Part shown: positions 21,509 to 31,669 of the stretch, in pieces | How the letters are laid out: each line of letters starts with the position of its first letter | Numbering within the stretch: the stretch's first letter is position 1 | Source: Nitrososphaeraceae archaeon | GTDB lineage: Archaea > Thermoproteota > Nitrososphaeria > Nitrososphaerales > Nitrososphaeraceae | NCBI GenBank assembly: GCA_035297365.1 | Contig: DATGZA010000011.1 | Location: forward strand, 32,001 to 96,000 | Reading direction: 5' to 3' | Length of the DNA: 64,000 nt | The notes under the pieces: model-generated | The model's input: the letters and a program-made list of their open reading frames with translations, nothing else | Database searches by the model: none | Told to the model about the DNA's origin: nothing | Program-made: the position numbers and the translations under genes

Positions 21509-22558
21509 TTATAATTTTTGCGGAGTAGTAATCAGCTTTCCAAACAATTGTGATTCCATCATTTTTATGTGACCCATTACCATATCTTCAAAAGGATAAA
21601 CTGTGTCTATTATGGCTTTTATTTTTCCTTTACTTGTCCATTTAATTACTTCTTCTAGTCCTGCACGTGTTCCTTGGGTAGCTCCGATAAGATTTAGTCC
21701 CTTAAAGAACAGATATCTCAAGTCTAATTTTGAATCATACCCTGTGGTGGCTCCTGTAGATACTAATGTACCTCCCATATTTAAGAGGCTAACTTCTTGT
21801 GCAAATACAGACTTTCCTATATGTTCAAAAATAATATCTACACCTTGATTATTTGTTAAAGTTCTAACTTTCTTATACCAATCCGACTCTCTATGATTTA
21901 CAACATGATGAGCACCTAATTCAAGGCATTTATCCATTTTTTCTTGTGTACCAGCTGTTGCAATAACATCACAATTAAACAACTTTGCAATTTGAATACC
22001 TGCTATTCCCATACCACTTCCACCTCCCATAATCAAAACTGTTTGCCCTGGTTGAATATTAGCTCTAGTAACTAACATGTGCCAAGCTGTCATTCCAACC
22101 ATAGAAATAGCTGCTGCATCTTGAAAAGAGATATTATCTGGGATTTTTATAACGTTGACTTCTGGTAAATATGTATATTGAGCAAACCCTCCCCATAAAG
22201 GACCAGTTTGAAAACCCCATACTTGTCTTTGACGGCAATCATATTCTTTGCCAGCAGTACAGTCCTTACATATTCTACAGGTTAGATTGGGATGTCCTAC
22301 TATTCGGTCTCCTTTTTTAATATCTAAAATATTTTCTCCAATATCCACTACTGTTCCAGAAACATCACTTCCAGAAATGTGAGGAAGAGGAATCTTAATT
22401 GGTTCTCCCCAGATTCCCCAAAGATCATTGTAATTATAAGAGACTGCTTCAACTTTTATAAGAACTTGATTATGCTTGATTTTTGGGATTTCTATATCTT
22501 CTATTTTTACAACTTTTCTTGGATCCTTATTATGCTCACGATATACAGCTGCTTTCAT
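21509..22558 (-). CDS. Zinc-binding dehydrogenase (MDR superfamily)
   Basis: PHISGSDVSG, structural Zn motif CRICKDC...C, GGGSGMG Rossmann motif. Confidence 0.92.
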   Translation of the reverse strand: MKAAVYREHNKDPRKVVKIEDIEIPKIKHNQVLIKVEAVSYNYNDLWGIWGEPIKIPLPHISGSDVSGTVVDIGENILDIKKGDRIVGHPNLTCRICKDCTAGKEYDCRQRQVWGFQTGPLWGGFAQYTYLPEVNVIKIPDNISFQDAAAISMVGMTAWHMLVTRANIQPGQTVLIMGGGSGMGIAGIQIAKLFNCDVIATAGTQEKMDKCLELGAHHVVNHRESDWYKKVRTLTNNQGVDIIFEHIGKSVFAQEVSLLNMGGTLVSTGATTGYDSKLDLRYLFFKGLNLIGATQGTRAGLEEVIKWTSKGKIKAIIDTVYPFEDMVMGHIKMMESQLFGKLITTPQKL

Positions 22559-22670
22559 GTCACTAAAAAATACAATGTGAAATTTAAAGAATAGGTTTTT
22601 AAAGTATTGTAAAAAAATCTACAAATAGAAACTAGTAATAGCAATATTATAGAAATAAAAAGCAGTTAAA

Positions 22671-23628
22671 TTAATCTTCAAGAAATGTATTTATCACTTT
22701 AATTAATCTTTCAGGGTACTGAAACATCAACGCATGACCACCATCCTTGAAGTGTGCTAGCCATGCTCCTGGAATTTTCTCTATAAGTATCATAGAATTA
22801 GCAGATGATAAGACAAGATCATTAGTTCCTGTCACTACAAGAGTATCTTGTGATATATCTTTTAATTGATCACATATTCCTTCAGACGAGAAAATTACGT
22901 CTGCTTGTCTTTTAAGAATCTCAGCAGGTGGTAACTCAAATGAGGCAAATTTTTCCAAGTAATCCGTATTTTGTTTTATCCAATCTTGAGTAAATAGTAG
23001 AGGAATAATTCGTTTCTTTAAATCGTCAGTAGAAGCAGATTGATTTGTCACTTGATTAAACATGTCTGGATTTGGTGGAGTTGATTGATTTCCACCACAA
23101 TAAGAAACATATATTATTAAATCATCAACTTTGCCTTGATAGTTTGATGCTAATTTCTGGGCAATCATTCCACCCAATGAATATCCCAAGATGTCAAATT
23201 TGTTAATCTTAAGAGCATCTAGTAATCCTATACTATCCTTTACAAATTGATCAATTGAGAAATTTTTAGATCCTACAGTAGTGTTACCAATACCATGGTT
23301 ATCAAAAACTATGACTGTATGATTTACAGATAATCCTTTCAAAAAATAGGATCCAGTCATTCATAGATCCCGCATATCCTATTATTAGTAAAATTGGATC
23401 TCCTTTGTTAAAGATTTTATATGAAATATCTCTATCTCCAACTTTAATTTGCTTGGATAGATTATTATCTAATTTGCTTATGTTACTATTATTGACTGAA
23501 TTTATAATTTGACCATAAATTAAAACTGGATGATAGTAATTACCAATCATTACCAAACCAAGAGTAATGGTTACAGCAATAATTACTACAATATTGAATT
23601 GCGAAATCATTATCATTATTATCTTCAT
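22671..23628 (-). pseudogene. Secreted alpha/beta hydrolase split by a frameshift
   Basis: 23302-23628 carries signal peptide and GDPILLIIGYAGSM; 22671-23360 carries FDNHGIG, GYSLGG, GGHAL; the frames overlap at a homopolymer near 23341-23347. Confidence 0.8.
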
Positions 23629-23688
23629 CCTCCTTGTTTTTTAATTGACGTACATTATTCGTCTACTTTTTCAAGAACTTCTATGTTG

Positions 23689-23997
23689 TTATTCGGAAAA
23701 AAGAATTTTCCGTTTGCTGAATATGACGAATAAGGTCCAAAAAATACCACTAACCCTGTCTTTAGAACGGCGAATTTCATGTCCGCGAAATTTCGTAGTA
23801 TCTTGACGATCCTTGGTACAAAATAGACCTTGCTCTTCAACATATCTTAGATTTTTTTCCAAGCAAATGATCCAATATGCTGCTATTTCTGCAACCTCAA
23901 TATCTTTATCTTTAAAGTTTGCTCCTATTAGAGAATATTCTAATTTGTATTCATCTAGATAAGATTCTAGAACCTGGAAGTTTACTTTTTCCTTCAC
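23689..23997 (-). CDS. Hypothetical protein (possibly fragmentary)
   Basis: 102-aa ORF with GTG start; overlaps an alternative-frame ORF. Confidence 0.4.
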   Translation of the reverse strand: MKEKVNFQVLESYLDEYKLEYSLIGANFKDKDIEVAEIAAYWIICLEKNLRYVEEQGLFCTKDRQDTTKFRGHEIRRSKDRVSGIFWTLFVIFSKRKILFSE

Positions 23998-24222
23998 ATA
24001 ACAAGTTACCTAACATACTTAGTCGTTAATTTATTTAATTGTTTCATTTTTATAAAATATATAGTTTGCAATATTTTGTTTTCTAAAACATTAGCAGAAT
24101 CAGAATCAATATTTAATTCTTCATTAAAGATAACAAGAAAAATCTAAGAAGCAAATGGTCAAGGAGAGTAAATGATTAAGAACTATTAAATAATCACAAA
24201 AATAATTTGGGACTGATCTATT

Positions 24223-24633
24223 TTAATTAAATTTGTCGAGTAAAGATGATTTACATGGTATGGAATAGGTTACGTTTACTTCGACCCCATTATCATCCTT
24301 CATATAATCATTATTTTTATCATCAAAAAAACTTATCACATAGTCATCACGATAGATATCATCTGCTATTACATAATCGTCAAAACCACCAGTATTATTT
24401 GTAGCAAAATAACCGTACGGATCAACAAATCCAGTTGAATTAATGAATTCCCAGTAAACGTTACCATCTCTATTGAATCCATTTACTGTGAAATTTACTC
24501 TATGATCTGACAATTTTCCACATTCCGGAGAGACTTGAACGATTGGTTTAATAGCATAAATCGTATTATGTTCAGGAAGAGTATTTAGTGCAAAGACAAT
24601 TATTGTAATCAATGGAAAAAGCAAAAGTTTCAT
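24223..24633 (-). CDS. Secreted hypothetical protein
   Basis: Signal peptide, beta-rich domain, two Cys. Confidence 0.75.
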   Translation of the reverse strand: MKLLLFPLITIIVFALNTLPEHNTIYAIKPIVQVSPECGKLSDHRVNFTVNGFNRDGNVYWEFINSTGFVDPYGYFATNNTGGFDDYVIADDIYRDDYVISFFDDKNNDYMKDDNGVEVNVTYSIPCKSSLLDKFN

Positions 24634-25074
24634 AGGTTTTTCTGTGTATCGTCTATTTTAAATATTACTATATGGTTTAAAAAAAACAACCCATCATTAA
24701 AGAAAATAAAAAAGATATACATGGTAAAAATCTTCCTGTTCCTTTCAAACTTATCTGTTTAAAGAAAGAAAATTAAATTTCTTTATCTAAAACTATAGGA
24801 TTTAATATCTTATGATTAGTTTATTATTAAAAATTTAAATAATATATAAGAACATCATTTGATAGTAATATCGCTAGAGTAATTATAAGTTGATTAATTA
24901 ATTAGGTCAGTAAAAGAAGAAAAAGAGGATTTTCGCTTCATGCTTGACAATCTAAATCCCCCCATGTGTCTGTCCGTCACGATTATTGTCTATCCCATCA
25001 TTACAGAAACGAGATTCACTTGTTGGTGGGTCAATTACTCCCTCATATGCTAGACACTCTATTATGACACTGAT

Positions 25075-25296
25075 CTATTGTACGGTCAATCCTGATATAT
25101 TTTCAATAATCTGTATTAGCTGAGGAGTTTCTTGATCACTGTTTGGTGTATCAGGCAGAGGGTAACACAATATTTCAATTGATATTACTCTAGCAAGTGA
25201 TAATAGACATTCAATTTGCGTTTCGCTTAGAATTGAAAAGCAATCTTCACATGTTTGTTCTTCTGGGTTTATATTATCAATAAATGATTTGTTCAA
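25075..25296 (-). pseudogene. Orphan fragment of the CEDC/CEEC C-terminal domain of the KIKCVNSN family
   Basis: EEQTCEDCFSILSETQIE...SIEILC resembles QLTCEDCLFSVLNRAQIA...SIDELC in 35892-36455. Confidence 0.55.
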
Positions 25297-25389
25297 ATTA
25301 CAGTCTAATATTATTTCTAACAGAACAAGTTAGCACTATACATTATGATTAGGCACTAGTTTATATATTGTAAAATAGTAGGATATAGT

Positions 25390-25569
25390 ATGAATTTAGA
25401 GAACATAACTTACAAGATAAAGTGCTCATTTTGCCAAAATGATTTAAAGTATGTTGTCAGCAAAGAAAAAGACGATCATTTAAGAATGGAAATCTATTCA
25501 TGTTTGTTTTGCAATATAACGTATAACGAATATCCAAGAATAATCAAAGCCTCTAAAAGAGTAGAGTAG
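25390..25569 (+). CDS. Small zinc-ribbon protein (59 aa, below ORF-track cutoff)
   Basis: MNLENITYKIKCSFCQND...YSCLFCNITYNEYPRIIKASKRVE; two CxxC motifs. Confidence 0.65.
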   Translation: MNLENITYKIKCSFCQNDLKYVVSKEKDDHLRMEIYSCLFCNITYNEYPRIIKASKRVE

Positions 25570-25656
25570 GAAAAGAATGACCTTAAATCTTTTCTATTCT
25601 TTTTCCATTTCTCCGAAAAGGCAATTCTTGTACCAGTAAAGAAAAATATTTTATAG

Positions 25657-25845
25657 ATGGTAGGCGGAACATATGGAATAACGGGTTTAGGTGTGATCGG
25701 CGGCGGTCAAATATTTGGTGTTGTGATTGTGGCATTAGGTGGAGTTGCAATGGTTTCTGCTTTAATAGTGGAATATCAAATCAAAAGAACGACATTAGAC
25801 ACACAACCAATAGTTATCAATTTAAATTATATTAGAAAGATATAG
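25657..25845 (+). CDS. Small Gly-rich membrane protein (paralog of 27859)
   Basis: GGTYGITGLG...GGQIFG...LGGVAM. Confidence 0.6.
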   Translation: MVGGTYGITGLGVIGGGQIFGVVIVALGGVAMVSALIVEYQIKRTTLDTQPIVINLNYIRKI

Positions 25846-26057
25846 AAATGTGAATATATAGTGCCTAATTTGATAATCAGATTAATAATTGAAATAAATT
25901 ATCTCTTATCATTTATTTATAGTGAATAAAAATAACTACTGATAATTCTTCAAAAATATTTATAAAGAGATCAATAATACCTTGTAATGTAAATGATCTT
26001 TTTGATTATCATGCACGAAATGGTGCACTAGAAAGACTTATTCCTCCTTGGAGCGGT

Positions 26058-27359
26058 TTGAACATAGTTAGTCAAAAAGGAGGAATCGATAATGATGCTA
26101 TCTCAATTTTTCGAATAAATATTGGTGCTCCAGTAAGTTTCAAATGGGTTGCTAAACATTTTGGTTATATTCACAATAAACAATTTCAGGATAAAATGAT
26201 AAAAGGTCCATTCAAAAAATGGATTCATACTCATTCTTTTATATCTCAAGGATCAAATCAATGCATTATAGAAGATAAAATAGATTATGCTCTAAAATTT
26301 GATAAAATAGGATCTAAAATATTACAAAAAAGAATTCAAAATTACTTGAATCAATTATTTCTTTATCGTTATCGCATTTTAGTTAATGATATCTATTTTG
26401 AAAAAATAGGATTAGAAAAAGGAAAAAAAATTCTTATTACAGGCTCTCATGGATTGATAGGATCTGCTCTTATCCCATTATTAATTAACGTAGGTAAACA
26501 CAATGTTACTTATCTTGTAAGACCTAATAAAAATAAATATTCTACCTCAAATAAAGGTTATAAAAATATAATATATTGGGATCCTAAGCATAAAAAATTA
26601 AATCATCATGAACTGGAAGGATTTGATATAATCATTCATCTCGCAGGCGAAAATATATTTGGAAGATGGACAAATATAAAGAAAAACAAAATATCAGATA
26701 GCCGTATTAAAAGTACAACTCTTTTATCTGAATCTTTATCAAAGCTCTCAAATCCTCCATCATTATTAATATGTGCTTCAGCAATTGGATATTATGGTAA
26801 TAGACCTAATGAATCTTTAACAGAGGATAGTAGTCCAGGAAAGGGATTTCTGTCTGAAGTATGTCAAAAATGGGAAAATGCAACAAAAGATGCAACTGAG
26901 ATAGGAATAAGAGTAGTAAATACACGTTTTGGCATGGTATTAACGCCAAAAGGAGGTATTTTACAAAAATTAGTTGGACCTTTTAAATTAGGTTTAGGAA
27001 TAACAATTGGTGGAAATAAAGATCAATTTATTAGCTGGATCTCAATAGAAGATGTTATAAAAAGTATATTTTATTCAATAACAAATACATCAATTAGAGG
27101 AGCTATTAACATCGTGTCTCCTCATCCAGTAACACATTTAGAATTTTCAAATACACTCAAAAAAATACTCAATCCTAAATTATCAATCTCAATAAATCCA
27201 AATATAACCAAACTAATTTTTGGGCAAATGTCTGATGAATTACTATCTACAGATACCTATGTTATTCCTAAAAAATTAATTTCAATTGGATACAAATTTT
27301 TTAATCTAGAATTGGAGGATACTCTTAGATTCTTACTTGGAAAAATGGAATTAAAATAA
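26058..27359 (+). CDS. TIGR01777/YfcH-type NAD-dependent epimerase with N-terminal SRPBCC domain
   Basis: FQDKMIKGPFKKWIHTHSF (SRPBCC); ITGSHGLIG, HLAGENI, ASAIGYYG, WISIED; frame is open upstream to 25926. Confidence 0.9.
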   Translation: MNIVSQKGGIDNDAISIFRINIGAPVSFKWVAKHFGYIHNKQFQDKMIKGPFKKWIHTHSFISQGSNQCIIEDKIDYALKFDKIGSKILQKRIQNYLNQLFLYRYRILVNDIYFEKIGLEKGKKILITGSHGLIGSALIPLLINVGKHNVTYLVRPNKNKYSTSNKGYKNIIYWDPKHKKLNHHELEGFDIIIHLAGENIFGRWTNIKKNKISDSRIKSTTLLSESLSKLSNPPSLLICASAIGYYGNRPNESLTEDSSPGKGFLSEVCQKWENATKDATEIGIRVVNTRFGMVLTPKGGILQKLVGPFKLGLGITIGGNKDQFISWISIEDVIKSIFYSITNTSIRGAINIVSPHPVTHLEFSNTLKKILNPKLSISINPNITKLIFGQMSDELLSTDTYVIPKKLISIGYKFFNLELEDTLRFLLGKMELK

Positions 27360-27858
27360 TATACAAGATTTGTATTTAACTATCTAACGATACTTTTTAT
27401 TTTTAAAACAAACCTTCAAATGCAAATTAGATTCAGTTATTAATACATTACAAAGGTTATGGATTTCTATCTATACTTGAGCCTTTTACCAATCCATAGC
27501 CAAATGAAATTTTGAAATGATTTTATAAATATGATGTAAATTATAAATTTTAGATTTTGTCTCTAATATCTCTAAGATACTTTTACAATGACCAAAATTC
27601 AACAATCAGGCGATGATAAAAAGCATACTTTGTACTATCATTCAAATAAACAAGTTTTTAAACAGGACAGCTTTTACTATTGATTGCTACGGAGTAAAAT
27701 GAATTTTTTGCATGGTTATGTGTATTATATTGCAGCGTCTGTAATATCCATCATCTATGTCTATAATATTGTGCCCAAGCATTTTTCTTATAGGATAAGT
27801 TAGCACTATAAAATAAAATTACCACTAGTTTATATATTGCAGAATGTTATAAGATTGT

Positions 27859-28059
27859 ATGAACATAATAAAAAATACGACTTATGGTCTTATAGGAGGA
27901 ACATACGGGGTGGCTGGCTTAGGTGCATTAGATGGTGGACAAATTTTGGCAATTGCAAGTTTAACATTAGGTGGGTTAGCAATGATTAGTGGTTTGATAT
28001 TTAGAAACCAATTACAGAGAAAGAAATTAGATACAAAAGTAGCAATGGAAATGAGATAA
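27859..28059 (+). CDS. Small Gly-rich membrane protein
   Basis: GGTYGVAGLG...GGQILA...LGGLAM; paralog at 25657. Confidence 0.7.
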   Translation: MNIIKNTTYGLIGGTYGVAGLGALDGGQILAIASLTLGGLAMISGLIFRNQLQRKKLDTKVAMEMR

Positions 28060-28506
28060 TAGAAAACAATCACCGTGAATAACCAAATTTAATATATTTT
28101 TTATTATGTGCTAGTTTGTTGGTTCTAAGATGTTTCAATTATTTTAATTTCTTAATTGTGTAGACCATTAAAAGATATACTTGTTTATCCATAAATAGTC
28201 ATTCCAAATAGTAATTCATTTTTCCTCGAGATCTTCTTGTTTTTTATCTTGTACTAAAAAAATATAATAATTTGTTCTTTCTGTTGTAAATTCATTAGAT
28301 TAGCGTCAATAAATTCCGAAAAACTTAAGAACCTTTAGAATATTACTTTGGTATCATTAAGTCCTACCTGTTCTCATATATTCATAAAATTCAATTAACA
28401 AACTTGAATTTGACTTGTTGTCTAGTTTTCTAACTTTTTCAAAAGTATCTTTGAGTTTTGTAGGGCATTTTGGACCTGTAATATTATCTTCCAATTGGTA
28501 GTATAC

Positions 28507-28564
28507 GAGCCCAATTGGTTGACGGGCTCTGAGAATAGTCAACTGTTTTTGACTCAATTTTGTA
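28507..28564 (+). repeat. Dispersed bipartite element, copy S5
   Basis: gagcccaattggttgacgggctctgagaatagtcaactgtttttgactcaattttgta. Confidence 0.92.
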
Positions 28565-28599
28565 TTTTGGAAACCAAAAAATTAGGAGATCGTCAAATA

Positions 28600-29476
28600 C
28601 TTTTATTATTTCCACATTCAATTGAATTATTATCATTTTCTTTTACTTTATTATATCTGCATTTTTTATTCTTATCTACTTCTATTATTACTGTTCCAAG
28701 GCCACGAAAATGATTTCCTATCATATCAAGATTAATTAATCGAAATATTTGGATGCCATTTTCTTTGACATATTGTGCGTAGTGCTCCGATCCGATAGAC
28801 TTTGTTCTTCACCAGAGAATAGAACAAATTGAATACCATCTTTCATCTGTTTTTGCCTATATAGTATAATAAGCAATTTCTAAAATTACACTTACGCCAT
28901 TGGCATTATCATTTGCCCCTGGATCTCTTGAAATAGCATCATTAGGGGCTTTACCTAAAATTGTATCATAGCAAGAACAAATTAAAATGTATTTGTTATC
29001 ATTACCCACTTTAGTACATATAACATTTTTGAGATTATACCCACCATTATTAATATATGACTTGTAGACATCAATAATAAACATCTTGATACCCTATATT
29101 TTTGAATTCAGCCATTAGCCAATCAGCTGCTTTATTGATGTATGTAGATTTACTATGTATATTATGAAACAAGGTTAGATAATTTAATTTTGTTTTTATA
29201 TTTTCCAATGAAACTTCCTAATAATGATATAACGTCATCATCCAATTTTTTTTCAGAATTTTGTATGTCGATTATAATTGTTTTCGTATTTCTAATTCTT
29301 TTATCTATTTTAAGATTTTTACATATGTTAATTCAACAGTATATTTTACTCATGAACTTTTTATTATCATCCGCTATTCTGTCATTATCTATTTGTTTAT
29401 TAAAAAAGGATCTTAAAATTTCGTCTTTTTTGTGAATTGCAATCGGGTTCTTAGAATCAATATTAATTTCTGGCAT
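28600..29476 (-). pseudogene. M28-family peptidase pseudogene
   Basis: PGANDNANGVSVILEIA motif (28857-29084), followed by SGEEQ- and LDMIG-like fragments in other frames; multiple stops; boundaries approximate. Confidence 0.7.
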
Positions 29477-29608
29477 GCGAATGTTTTTGTCTTAATATAA
29501 AGTCTATTTGTGAGTAAATAGAAAATACTTTTATGTTAAAATTTACAATCTTTTAGATGCCAAAAAGTTTTTTAGCAATAAAAATGCCTATAGAATTGTA
29601 ATAATTAA

Positions 29609-29806
29609 TTAGAACTCTTCATCATTTTCTTCATCTTTTGGTTTACTCCAATAAAAGACATTTGCAGTACCACATCTTCTACATTTGTTCGTTGACTTTA
29701 CATAATCCTTCCAGTTTAACACTTTTCTATCAACTATAGTATGGACTTTGTCTGGTTGGATGACAACAATCTCTGCTTCGCACTTCCTGCAGGTAACTAC
29801 ACTCAT
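29609..29806 (-). CDS. Small zinc-ribbon protein
   Basis: CRKC...CRRC. Confidence 0.7.
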   Translation of the reverse strand: MSVVTCRKCEAEIVVIQPDKVHTIVDRKVLNWKDYVKSTNKCRRCGTANVFYWSKPKDEENDEEF

Positions 29807-30148
29807 GATGATAATACAATATGATTTGGTTACCCATCTATCTATCTTTGTTTTTAAAAATTCAAGTCGTAGCTAGCATCAAAGAATTTGGATCACTATA
29901 ACTTTAAATAAATTCTGTTATAAAAAAATAAACTACATTGTGATAATTACATTTACCCTAAACTCTATATAGGAAACTTGACTTATTTCCGGAACGAAGA
30001 TGCTGAGTAATTTATTTTATCCCTTGTACTCCGAATTACCAAAAAATGATGATATGCTAAATATATTTATCGATGATTCATTAGATATTTTTATTTTTGA
30101 AGTTCTAAAGAAAATTTTAAAAAAAGATACTTTGTTATATGATTTACA

Positions 30149-30781
30149 TTGAATAAAAAAATTCCATTAATTGTTGGAATTCTTATTTTTGATGATGTAG
30201 AGATCTTAGATGTTGCTGGACCTTTTGAGGTATTTGCTGTCACTCGTTTAAATGAAGAACAACGAGTAAAGCAATCGTCACCATTTAAAGTATATTTAAT
30301 AGCTGAAAAGAATAAACAAATTACAGCAATTGGTGGTCTACGTTTAACTCCTGATGTAACCATTAGTGAATGTCCGGAATTGGATTTATTGATAGTACCT
30401 GGTGGATGGGGTACGCGTAAAGAATCAAAAAATAAAATTCTTTTAAATTGGATAAGTAATCAATTTAATACTATTACTAATGATAAATTGATTGCCTCAG
30501 TTTGTACGGGATCTAGTATTCTTGGAAAAGCAGGCTTGTTAGATGGACGAGATGCAACCACTCATTGGCGAGCTTTTGATTTCCTGCGGGAGTCTGCACC
30601 GAAAGCACGAATTCTCGAAAATGTTAGATTTACATTGACTGAACCCATATTTACATCTGCTGGTGTATCTGCTGGAATAGATTTAGCTCTTCGTATAGTA
30701 AGTCATTTTTTTGGAACTGAAATAGGACAAACTACTGCTCGCCAAATGGAATATCCTTATCCTACTAGTGACCAAAGATGA
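30149..30781 (+). CDS. DJ-1/PfpI family protein
   Basis: FDDVEILDVAGPFEVF, VPGGWG, SVCTGS, ATTHW, TSAGVSAGID. Confidence 0.92.
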   Translation: MNKKIPLIVGILIFDDVEILDVAGPFEVFAVTRLNEEQRVKQSSPFKVYLIAEKNKQITAIGGLRLTPDVTISECPELDLLIVPGGWGTRKESKNKILLNWISNQFNTITNDKLIASVCTGSSILGKAGLLDGRDATTHWRAFDFLRESAPKARILENVRFTLTEPIFTSAGVSAGIDLALRIVSHFFGTEIGQTTARQMEYPYPTSDQR

Positions 30782-30861
30782 TAATCTAATAAATTTTGTT
30801 AATCTATAATGAGATTGGAAATAAAGTAAATCTATCACTAAACAAAATGAGCTATCTGATT

Positions 30862-30945
30862 TTGTTACTGTTATCGAATTTGAGAATATGATAAAGGAGA
30901 TGATAATAAAAGCATCGTTGTATAACTGGTTTCAAAGTATAACTA
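30862..30945 (+). mobile_element. IS5-family transposase 3' scrap
   Basis: VTVIEFENMIKEMIIKASLYNWFQSI; homologous to the segment at about 33717-33795. Confidence 0.55.
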
Positions 30946-31669
30946 TCAAAAGATTAAAACTTTTGGGAAAAGACGATTATTATATAATCTTCTAAATAGG
31001 GTTCTGTAAACTATTTGTCGGATAAAATATAGTATAAAAATTCGTCGGATTCATCATATAAATTTTTATATTTGAATTAGAATAATTTTTTCGACATAAT
31101 TGATAGTGTACTAAATCAACCAAAAATATTCCTCGTTGTAAAGTATCTATTGTATCGAAAATTTAGTATTTATTGTGAAAATCAAAATAATTCTTAGTTA
31201 TCTGAACTCTTTCTAGATTTAAATCTGGTATTAATTGCTATCCTGTATTGATTTCAATTAACAAGAATTGTAAATCTATTGCAGATGCTTTTCTGTCTTC
31301 TTTAAAATCAACATAAGTTGCAAATTGAGTGGAGTCGCCTTTATTACTAAATAAAATAATACTTATGTTAGGATTTTGTAAATCGACTGAAAATCTGCAT
31401 AAGCAAATTGAACTTCTTTAAACTGAAAATATTCTTCTGTTAACCTTCTTTTAATTTTCTCTTTAATAATTAAAGCATATACATATATTCTACTAATTCA
31501 CGATAAAATTATTGATAATTAATTACACTAATATTAAAAAATATGATAGGGTTATCGAATTAAAGTTCCGCTCATTGAATAGGTTTATTCTTTCAAAATT
31601 TTAGCATTCGAACATGAAGACAGATTCATGGAAATTAATAAACGATTTGTAAAGAGGTAATATTTTATA

